Source: Octopus sinensis
Lineage: Eukaryota
Assembly: GCF_006345805.1 (NCBI RefSeq)
Contig: NC_043009.1
Coordinates: forward strand, 41,230,001-41,294,000
DNA: 64,000 nucleotides
Reading direction: 5' to 3'
Positions 53,440-64,000 of the stretch are shown here, one piece after another (within the stretch, counting starts at the first letter, position 1; every line of letters begins with the position of its first letter). The notes beneath the pieces are model-generated. The model was given only the letters and a program-made list of their open reading frames with translations, was not told the origin of the DNA and did not search any database. A program made the translations under genes and the position numbers.

Positions 53440-54150
53440 TATATATATATATATATATACACATACACACACATACACATATATATATACATATAAATAC
53501 GCATATATTATACACATAAATATACATATATACATATACACACATATATATGTATATATACACAAACATATACATACATACATATACACACATATATATA
53601 TGTATATATACACAAACATATACATACATAAATATACATACATACACATACATATATACATACATGTATATACATATACATATATACATACACATACATA
53701 TATAAATACAAATACACATATACACATATATATATATACACACACATACATATATAAATACATATGTATATATATATAAATACATATATATATATATACA
53801 TATATATACATATATAAATACATATATATATATACATACATATATATACATATATATACATATACATACATATATATACATATACATACATATACATACA
53901 TATATATACATATACATACATATATATACATATACATATATACATATACATATATATACATACATATACATACATATATATATATATACATACATATACA
54001 TACATATACATACATACATATATATACATACATATACATACATACATATATATATACATACATACATATACAAACATATACATACATACATATATATACA
54101 TACATATACATACATATATATACATACATACATATATACACACACACACA
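53440..54150. repeat. Long compound (TA)/(TACA) microsatellite
   Basis: Low-complexity tract; the 278-aa and 258-aa ORFs are artefacts. Confidence 0.95.
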
Positions 54151-54765
54151 AAAATATATACATATACTTATGTATATGCACACACCCCAAAGTCTTATCA
54201 TCTGAACTTGCAATGATAAAATTATGATATATGTTAAGTTTAAAATTATTCAATATCTGTAAAAACTCCAGTCATTTGTGGCTACCAATATCTTTGTCAT
54301 TAGCAAACATTAACATCAAAGCCATGATTATTCAATGCTAATGTAATGCCTATCATTATCCGACACCAGTGAAATATTAAATCCAGCCTGGCAGGACAAA
54401 ATCAATTATTTCACATAACGAACATAAAATTAGCAATTACCTAGAATTACTCATCCTTGTCTATCATTATTGCAAAAGTCAATCATTAAGGTAAAAATCA
54501 ATATAAAGTCTATATAACCACACATTAAAACATATTATATCGCCACACATAACAATATTGTCGGTTTCCTATTTAAACATTGAATTTTTTTCCTATTTCT
54601 TTTATTACCTGAGATTTTGCTTTCTGTTTGTTTTTTGTTTTTTTTTTTGGAGCTGTTGTCTTTTTTTTCTTTTTTAACACAGACATTTTTAAATTCGAAT
54701 ATCAACTAAAATATATTCTTCAAATGTATGAAGCATTTATATAAACAGTGCAACAGAATATATAT

Positions 54766-54799
<34 letters not shown>

Positions 54800-55196
54800 C
54801 ACACTAGTTTTGTGTGTACAGTTAGAAGTAGGATTACTAGTGGTATGTTTGGAGCTCCATGCATAGCATCACTATCCTTTTACCAGTGTAGGTATAATAT
54901 ATATATTTCCCCCTATGTTCCCTATCTCCCCATTTTCCATAAAAATTCCTTATTTCGAACTCAAATATTTACCTTTATTTAACCATCTCACATCATGATG
55001 AAGGGATATCCATAATATCCCAGAAACAACTGTAAGACTATATCTATATCATTTTCTTTATAAATGTCCTAAAAACTACTCACAGCCTTGGTTTTGTTAT
55101 CTCATTTTGTCCAATATATATATATATATTGCTTTCAAAATGTGACCTCATGTGTACCGTTGGCAATTTTTTTTCCTCTGTCTTCCCTTCTCCTAT

Positions 55197-55231
55197 GTTT
55201 CCAACGAAGAGCTCCGCTCGAAACGTTAAAC
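55197..55231 (+). ncRNA. Minimal type I hammerhead-like motif with degenerate core, inside a short repeat (about 55125-55275)
   Basis: Stem I GUUU/AAAC; core CCAACGA plus A (U4C and G5A relative to CUGANGA); stem II GAGC-UCC-GCUC; GAAA; ACGU palindrome; GUU triplet. Confidence 0.5.
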
Positions 55232-55272
55232 CCTCCTTCTTTCCTGAGCGTCCAATAATACTATATTTGTTT

Positions 55273-55686
55273 CCTGCATGTTCCCCAGACCTAACGCCAA
55301 TGGACTTTTTTTTTTTATAGGGACATCTCAAAGATAAGGTTTAAGCTGCAAAATCAGTGACAATTGATGATTTGAAAAATGAAATTCGAATAGAATGTCT
55401 TGCAATTCCAAATGAAATGTTTGGCAATGTTGTTGAATCCAGTGTTGGACGTTATCAGCTTTGTTTGGAAAATGAAGGAAGGCAGTTTGAACATTTACGA
55501 ACACACAGGAATGAGAACATTAAATAATTCTAAATGACAATAAATAATCGTTTCTACAACAATTAATTTTCCTGAATTTAATTTAACTTTTTAGGATTGT
55601 ATGTATATCAATAAACCTCTATTTGAACACAAAATGCATGAGTACTGGGAAGTTAAAGTGTGAGTACATCTTTTTGGGACACCCTG
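55273..55686 (+). mobile_element. 3' part of a Tc1/mariner-superfamily transposon (rosa/maT-like)
   Basis: Translation ACSPDLTPMDFF..*GHLKDKV*..TIDDLKNEIR..LCLENEGRQFEHLR (SPDLTPLDFFLWG motif). Ends in TIR ..CATCTTTTTGGGACACCCTG followed by TA. Confidence 0.85.
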
Positions 55687-55958
55687 TATATATATATATA
55701 TCAACAGAGTGGCTCAAGGACTGAGAGTTTCATGTGAGGGAACTTATCAAATATTAATAAAAATATACATTTACTCATATTTTGTGTTCTATTTTTCTTA
55801 CTTGCGTTACTTGTGTGTGTGTGTGTTTGTCCCACCATTAGAAAACCAATGTTGGTTTATTTATGACCCTATAACTTAGTGGTTCGGCAAATGACTAAAT
55901 GCTAGGCTTAAAAAAAAAAAAGCACAGGGGTCAATTTGTTTGATTAAAACCCCTTTAA

Positions 55959-56178
55959 CCATTTAGCATTTAGACTGGCCATATTTGGCCAAAATATTCT
56001 GTTTGATTTATGCTCAAACTGGCCAGATCCAGTCTCTCACACCAACCCTACAATGCCATGCTAAAAGTAAACAATCCCATAATAGAAATCTCAAAGCTAC
56101 AAAATAATGCATGATTAATTCAAAACGATGTGAATAAATAAGCTTTATATTTGACAGACTAATATGAATGCTAAAGAG
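55959..56178. mobile_element. piggyBac-like MITE
   Basis: TTAA-CCATTTAGCATT ... AATGCTAAAGAG-TTAT (decayed TIRs and TTAA target). Related decayed copies near 7285-7472 and 40200-40370. Confidence 0.6.
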
Positions 56179-56299
56179 TTATGGTAGTGATCCAGCATGG
56201 CCAGAGTTCAATGCCAGAAACAAGTAAAGGATAAATGATGAAAGATAATCTGAAGAGACAAATACTAGATATCAGAGCCTTACTATAGGTAAAGTGCTG

Positions 56300-56522
56300 G
56301 GTAGAAACGTTAGCACGCCGGGTGAAATGCTTAGCGATATTTCGTCTGCCGCTACGTTCTGAGTTCAAATTCCGCTGAGGTTGACTTTGCCTTTCATCCT
56401 TTTGGGGTCGATAAATTAAGTACCAGTTACGCACTGGGGTCGATATAATCGACTTGATCCGTTTGTCTGTCCTTGTTTGTCCTCTCTGTGTTTAGCCCCT
56501 TGTGGGTAGTAAAGAAATAGGT
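56300..56522 (+). mobile_element. Young SINE with Meta/MESC-like core
   Basis: CpG-rich and colinear with 22735-22975. Confidence 0.85.
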
Positions 56523-57918
56523 ACTCAAATACTGTCACAGTTGGCATATTAATTCACATGCTGCTGCTGTAGCTGTTGTTGATTTTGGTCAAAGGCCAGA
56601 CGTGATGGAGCAGAGCTATGATCAAAACTATTCCAGCTATGGCCATATCATCATCATCGTTTAATGTCCGCTCCCCATGCTGGCATGGGTTGGATGGTTT
56701 AACATGGAGCCAGCCGGCAGGGAGCTGTCCAAATTCCAACTGTCTCCTGTAGCATGGTTTCTATGGCTGGATGCTCTTCCTAACACCAACATCATTTATT
56801 TGTATATACATTGTCTAATATATCCATTCTTTCACTCAGATGATTTGAGGGAGATTTGGCTGTTATTTATAGCCGGTTAAGCAGCAACTGTCTATAAGTT
56901 TTCTCATAGTTTGTGATGCAGAAATTAAGAAGCTGGTCAGATTCACAGTCGAAAAGATGGGACATCTCAAATTTGCTTAATTGAAATATATTAATAAACA
57001 GAATGAGTTGAGCTTACATTTTTAAAGCTAATTAAACGTCTTTGATATAGCTTGACCTAACACTCGTCAAAACCATCAGTATATTTCCATTACATTGAGT
57101 ACAATATGTAAATCTGCTGTTCATTAGACAATTAATAGCTGGATCAAGCCAGATGGAAATATATTTCTTTCTCATCAATAAATAACAAGAAGAAGGATTG
57201 GAGACAGCTGGGTTGGTGTTGGGGGGGGGGAGAACAAGGGAAAGGGAAGAGGGAGAAGAGGAGGAGGTGGAATATTAACCAAAAAAAAAAGAAAATGAAA
57301 TAAACAGCAAAAAAAAAAAAAAATCTGTAAACCTACAAAGATTTCCAAAAAGAAAAAACGGTATTTAGCCAAAAGACACCTGTCTTTGAATAAAGAACAT
57401 ATTACACCAAGATGGCTACTATAATAAAATGTTCCCAGCTGCCTCAGAGAATTACAGAGATTCATGAGGAGATTTATGAGGCAAATTAAAACAAACAAGA
57501 ACCATACCAGGAATTAATGGCTCAGGTGCTAATACAAGTTGGCCTGTTAATAGTAAGTAAATATTTTCTGAAGCTGATTAAATGGTGAAAAACAAAACAT
57601 ATGTCAAAGTTCAAAAGTTCTTCTGGGTCAAGAGTCAAATATTCTCTATTATAAATAGTAAAAAAAAAAAAAAATGATTGGTCATATGAAACTGTTTAAA
57701 TATATATATATATATATATATATACCACAAAGGTGCACATGCAGACACACAGACACATAATATAAATATATTAATTGTAACATGAATAGTTAAGACTTAT
57801 TTCTTAATATCATGTATGTATGTCTATCGACAGACAGACAGACAGACAGACAGGTAGAGAGACAGATAGATATAGACACATATATATTGAGAGACAGACA
57901 GAGAGGGAGATAGATAAA

Positions 57919-58053
<135 letters not shown>

Positions 58054-58430
58054 TAGGAGTAACTGTAAGGATAAGTAAGTTTTCCTTACATTAATTTGCC
58101 TATCCTTACATTTACTCCACTACCAGCTCAAGTTTAAACCTCTTGAGTACTACTAAATGTATTTTATACAGAGACTAATTCTCATCTAAGAAAGAAAGAA
58201 TGGAAGAAGAAACAAACAAACATATGTACATATATGCATTGGATTTTAAATAGCAAAAACAAGAAGTCTGGTCATATTAAGCTATTTAAATACATATAAT
58301 ATGCAGATATACACACACACACGCACATATACATCATCATCATCGATATCCATATGCCCATATTCCATGTTGGCATGAGTTCACCAGTGGCATGGGTGTA
58401 TGTTTGTGTGTGTGTGTGTATCGTGGTCAC

Positions 58431-59742
58431 CATCATCATCATTTAACATCTATTTTCCATGCTAGCATGGGTTGGACAAGGGCTGGCCAACCAGAGAGCT
58501 GTCCAGGTTCCATTTGTCTTCCTTGGCACGGTTTCTACAGCCAGATGCTCTTCCTAATGCCAACCACATTATAGAGTGTGCTGGGTGTATTTTATATGGC
58601 ATCGGCACAGGTTCCTTTTACATGGCGCTCACATGAGTGCTCTTCATGTGGCATAGGCATGAGTGCTCGGCACATGGTGCTGACACAAGTGCTTTTTATG
58701 TGACGCCAACAAGGTATATTGCCAAGAGTCTTGGTCACCTGTCACTGCCTCCATGAGGCCCAGCGCTTAAACAGTGCTTTTTACATGCCACTGGCATGGG
58801 GGCCTGTCAGATGGCACTGGCATTGGCCACAACTTTGATTTCCCTTAGTTCGATAGGTCTTCACAAATGTTTTTAACAGATCAATTATGTAACACTGGCA
58901 TCGGCCATGACTACAATCACACTTGGTTTGATGTCACTGCCTCCATGAAGCCCAACACACAAACGGTACTTTTTACATGCCACTGGCACAGGTGCCAGTC
59001 AGCTGGTACTAGCATTGGCCACAACTATAAAGTCACTCAGTTCGACATGTCTTCACAAGCACAGCACATCACCCAATGATTGAAGGGTGCTTTTAATGAG
59101 CCAGTTATGTGACACTGGCATCAGCCACAACCGTGATCTTACTTGGCTTGCCGGGTCTTCTCAAGCACAGCATATCACCAAAGGTCTTAGTCGCTTGTCA
59201 TTGCATCTGTGAAGCCCAATGTTCGAAGGTCATGCTTCACCACCTCATCCCATGTCTTCCTGAGTCAACCTCTTCCACAGGTTCACTCCACCATTAGAGT
59301 GCAACACTTCTTCACACAGCTATCCTCATTCATACACATCACATGACCATATCAGCATGGTTGTCTCTCATGCACACCATGAGATGCTTCTTATGGCCAA
59401 CTTTTCTCTCAGGAGACTTACACTCTGTCCTGCATGCACACTGTCATTACACATCCAGCGGAACATATTAGTTACCTTTCTTACATGCCTATGCATGTCC
59501 TCAGCAGCTACAGCCCATGTTTTGCTGCCGTGTAGCATGGCTATTCATGCACAGGCATCATATAGTCTGCCTTTCACCCTGAGTGAGAGGTCCTTTGTTA
59601 CCATCAGAAGTAGGAGCTCTCTGAACTTTGCCCAGCCAATTCTTATTTGAGCAGCTATGCTCTTAGAGCATCCACCCCTGCTACTGAATTGGTCATCCAG
59701 ATAACAGAAGCTATCAACTACTAGTTTTCCCCACTGGCATAT
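58431..59742 (-). mobile_element. 5'-truncated RTE-X LINE: decayed ORF C-terminus, repetitive 3' UTR and (GAT)n tail
   Basis: Minus strand VDSFCYLDDQFSSRGGCSKSIAAQIRIGWAKFRELLLLMVTKDLSLRVKGRLYDACA*IAMLHGSKTWAV..RWMCN, typical of the RTE/RTE-X C-terminal region. Confidence 0.88.
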
Positions 59743-62566
59743 GATGGAAACTATTTTCTGTAAATTTTTGTGCATCTTCCACACACAAAAACTAACTTTC
59801 CTGTTAAACTTCCTCTGATATAGCTGCACCTATTATGTTTCTATAGCTTACACTGGGTACATCTTAGGGAGTTTCGACCTCCACCTTTTCTACAGATCAA
59901 GCAGGGCCATCTACCCGAAGGGATTTGGGATTTGTCCACCTTCTTACTTACTAAGATTTAGCCATGAAATATCTTCCATCTCTAAAGATAAAGTCAACAG
60001 TTCAAAAATTTATAGTTTCTGTTTTGAATAATAGATTATGGCAATCAGAAATATCAACCCACTCAATGTCAATGACTGGAAGGTACTTGGCCCAGTGATT
60101 AGGATGTTGCAACCACAATCTTGCAATCCTGAATTAACTATTCTTTTATTCCTTTAGTCGAACAAATCGACCCCAGGACTTATTCTTTGTAAGTCTAGTA
60201 CTTATTCTATTGGTCTCTTTTGCCGAACCGCTGAGTTACAGGAACATAAACACATCAACGTCAGTTGTCAAGTGATAGTGGGGGAGAGACAAAAACACAC
60301 ACTCACACATATATGACAGGCTTCTACACTTTCCATATACAAAATCCACTCATAAGGCTTTGATCGGCCCGAGGCTATAGTAGAAGACACTTGCCCAAGG
60401 TGCCACACAGTGGGACTGAACCCAGAACCATGTGGTTGGTAAGCAAGCTACTTACTACACAGCCATGCCTGCGCCTATGAAAATAAAAGAGAAATTAATG
60501 GAGTAAATAATATTTTTACTCCAGCCTCAGGCCAAAATCATATTTTGGACAGGATTATTTGAAGGTATCAGAACAAAATCCCACCAAACAAAGCAGTTAT
60601 TGTTCTAATCAATAATAAATATTTGAACTTTTTTTCTTATAAAATTTCACTTTCATAAAATATTTTTATTGTGTAAAGAAAGAACAATATCCAAGGGGAT
60701 ATTCACTGCTGCAGGATTTTGTTGGGGGAGGTGTCCTAGTACCTTGTCTGAGTCTCAATTCTTCAAGCAGATGCAACCAAGATATCTTGCAATGATGCAC
60801 CAGAAATCTTTGTCTCCTCTTAGTTTTGGTGGTAATGAAAGTTAGGATCACTTATGGTGAACTCAGAGTGAACTACTTTAAATAGTTTTCTCTGGTGCAC
60901 TGTGGTTTCTAGCATCTTGGTGCCCCTACATCACAGGAATAATGTGTGGTGTCGGGCAATAGATTAAGTTCTCAATGAGATTAGGGTGTGGCACTCATGG
61001 TCACAAGATCATGGTTTCATTTCTTGGGACTGGGAGCTGTGCTGTGTCCTTGAACAAAACACACCATTTCACCCTGCAATGGACTGGCACCCCATACACT
61101 GAGAACATTATGATTTCAATCACTTATACTGAAGGAAGCGGGAACTACCCAATGAGTTCCAGGACTCAAGACAGTAATGTCCAGAGGGTTCATAATGATG
61201 AGGATGAAATGTCAAGGAATGGATTCGCCATCTAACAGCACATAGCAGAAAAATCAAGCAGTATGATCAAACCAGAATTGAACCGTACTGTCAAATTCCG
61301 TGTACCAAAGTTCAAAACAAAAAAAATCTTCTACAAAATCTTGGCAAACAACTGACGAACATTCGCAATCTATCACTTTATAAGTTACAAAAGATTTACC
61401 ATTCTTAACACACAAAAACTAAAAGAAAGAAAAAAAGAAAACATTTGAGATTACAAGGTTTCTCTGTTTATTGAATTATAATGAATACATTCAAATATAG
61501 CAAATGGCAAAATAAATACCCATGACACATTAACGAAGCAATATAGGAGATAAAATTTGGTCAGAAAGAAGAAGAATAGTGTGGTGTGAACAAATATTAC
61601 AATTAACTGACAATGGTGTGTCTTAGAATAAATTGAGATTTCACAAAGAGACACAAATAACAAATACTAGAAAGGCATAAGCAAATCAGGAAGTGATGGT
61701 AATATTCTATTTTATGTAGAAATTTTGAGAGGGTTTTCTTTTATTTGTATTTTGGGTTTCTTTTTGTTTATATTTTTCGTTTTGTTTTGGAGTTTTTTTT
61801 TCACATTTATAAATTGCCTTTGAAGTGTATTAATTTATTGTGACAGTAAGAACACAAATACATATATATATAAACACATATAAAATAATAATGTCTCAAT
61901 TATGTATATAATAAAGTGTGTGTATAAATATATATAACATATACATGTAAACATACATATACACACACACACATATATATATATATACATACATACATAC
62001 ACAGACACACATAATATACATATATTCAAGCATATTCATATTTACATAAATGTATACACACACACAGATACACATCACACACAAACATATGCAGAAGTAT
62101 ATATATATAAATATATAACACTTCATTTAATAAGACTTACATTATCTCCTTCATATTTAGCAATCTATATTTATCTTTTTGTTTTGTTTTGTTTGTTTTT
62201 TTTTCCTTAATAACAAAAAAAAAATTTAAGCTTAAAAAATTTACTTAGAAGAGGATAAGAAATAAAACAAAAATTCAATCACTTCACATAAGTCTTTTTT
62301 TCGCTTATATATTATAATAAAGCAAGAATGTAGTTATTTTGGTTTTTTCTTTTATGTCACATAAATGAAGATACATCGCCGTGTGCTTAAGAGTGTTCAG
62401 CTCACAAAGGCACGGTCGTGAATTCAATTCCTGAACCAGAAATACCCTCGATCTTTGGCTGGATGAATGGTGAGAGTGCCAAAGGGTATCACTTTGCAAC
62501 TGCATAGGAACATAAAACAATCAGAAGAAAACATAAGGAAAGCATAATTTAGGGTACCAAACTGTA

Positions 62567-62774
62567 GAAAGAGGGTGTTGAAAAGTTCTTGGCTTTGGGT
62601 AAAAGAAAATACAGGAGAGTCAGTTGATTTTATTCAACTTATTCTCCTCTCAGATTTGTTTATCACAGCGATCCTTCAGTTACGCTAAGCTCTGTGAAAG
62701 AACTTGGAAGGTTGGGCCTCCAGCAAGGCCTTTCGCGATACCCTTAAAACCAAGAACTTTTCAGCAATCCTTCA
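62567..62774. mobile_element. Mariner-type MITE, about 208 bp
   Basis: Decayed TIRs GAGGGTGTTGAAAAGTTCTTGGCTTT and AAAACCAAGAACTTTTCAGCAATCCTTCA, with TA flanks. Confidence 0.7.
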
Positions 62775-63324
62775 TAATTATCCACATTTAGAGGTCATAG
62801 CTCAATACTGACGTGATTAGTATGCCAGAGGATAGAATTGCAAAATAGTCCCTTCAAGTCAAACCAATTACCAAGAGACCAAAAGGTAGATCAAGAACAA
62901 GATGGTTGGATAATATCCACAGTCTCACTTGGTCACGGTTGGGAATCCAGCCGGAAAGTGTAATGATGGTTCCTTCTGACAGGACCCAATGAAGGGGGTG
63001 CCTGAGGATACTAGCCTCACAACCATCCCAAGAATATTGGGTGGGAAAAAATGGATGGATGGATGATCAGATATCCAGAAAATTTAGCTGTCTGGAAACA
63101 TTCTGGCCCCAGTGGTGCTGGACAGGAGAGAATTTACTGCAGACTGAAAGAACCTCTCCAGTGAAAAACAATTCAACAATACTAAATGCATTTAGATAGC
63201 AAGCTGGCAGAATCGGTAACCTAGTTAGCACACTGGGCAAAATGCTTAGAGGCATTTTATCCATTTTTACATTCTGATTTCAAATTCCAATGAGGTTGAC
63301 ACACACATTCATACAAACACTTAT

Positions 63325-63830
63325 ATCATCATCATCGTTTAATGTCTGCTTTCCATGCTAGCATGGGTTGGGCAATTTGACTGAGGGCTGGCGAATCAGA
63401 TGGCTGCACCAGACTCAAATCTTGATCTGGCAGTTTCTACAGCTGGATGCTCTTCCTAACGCCAACCACTCCGAGAGTGCAGTGGGTGCTTTTACGTGCC
63501 ACCGGCACGGAGGGCAGTCAGGTGGTACTGGCAACGACCTCGCTCGAATCTTTTTACACATGCCACCGGCACAGGTGCCAGTAAGGCGATGCTGGTAATG
63601 ACCATGCTCGAATGGTACCTTTTACGTTCCACCGGCAACAATCATGCTCGGATGGTGCTCTTAGCACCCTACTAGCATGGGGCCCAAGTGCCAGTAAGGC
63701 GATGCTGGTAATGATCACACTCGAATGGTGCTTTTTATGTGCCGGTTAGCCACTCTGTTAACGATTCCACTCGTATGGTGCTCTTTGCACCCCACTAGCA
63801 CGGATGCCAGTCATCGAATTTGATTTTGAC
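63325..63830 (-). mobile_element. Young RTE-X-tail element with internal tandem repeats
   Basis: CATCATCATCGTTTAATGTC..GGATGCTCTTCCTAACGCCAACCAC followed by repeated GTGCCAGTAAGGCG..GCTCGAATGGTGC units. Confidence 0.85.
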
Positions 63831-64000
63831 TTCAAATTATATGTATACACATATGATTATTTGTATGGATATGTGCATGAATGTATGCATATAGATATAT
63901 ACACATGTGTGTGTATGAGAGCGTGTGTGTGTGTGTGTGTGTATATGGGTGCTAATGTGTGCATATGTGTACAAATTAGCATGAATGCTGACATTCCACA

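Overview
AT-rich eukaryotic DNA that is very probably from an Octopus genome. This is inferred from the tRNA-derived SINE families, RTE-X tails ending in (GAT)n, and very dense (TA)n/(CA)n/(AAT)n microsatellites. I found no recognisable host protein-coding exon, so the window looks intronic or intergenic. Almost all ORFs in the supplied track are translations of microsatellites or degenerate repeats. The window holds decayed DNA transposons (mariner, maT/rosa-like Tc1, hAT and piggyBac-like MITEs, Helentron-type non-autonomous elements), LINE remnants (RTE-X, RTE, R4/Dong, Jockey/CR1-like), many SINEs, two near-identical tandem duplications and two higher-order tandem arrays. The most interesting signal is three unrelated repeats that each carry a minimal type I hammerhead-ribozyme fold of the Penelope-like kind: stem I, CUGANGA plus an extra A, stem II, GAAA, a palindromic ACGU in place of helix III, then NUH. 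One of them lies inside a tRNA-headed Pol III SINE inserted as a head-to-head inverted dimer between 12-bp target-site duplications. All three copies here have at least one core or stem substitution, so activity is untested inference. Repeat boundaries without a TIR or TSD are approximate.
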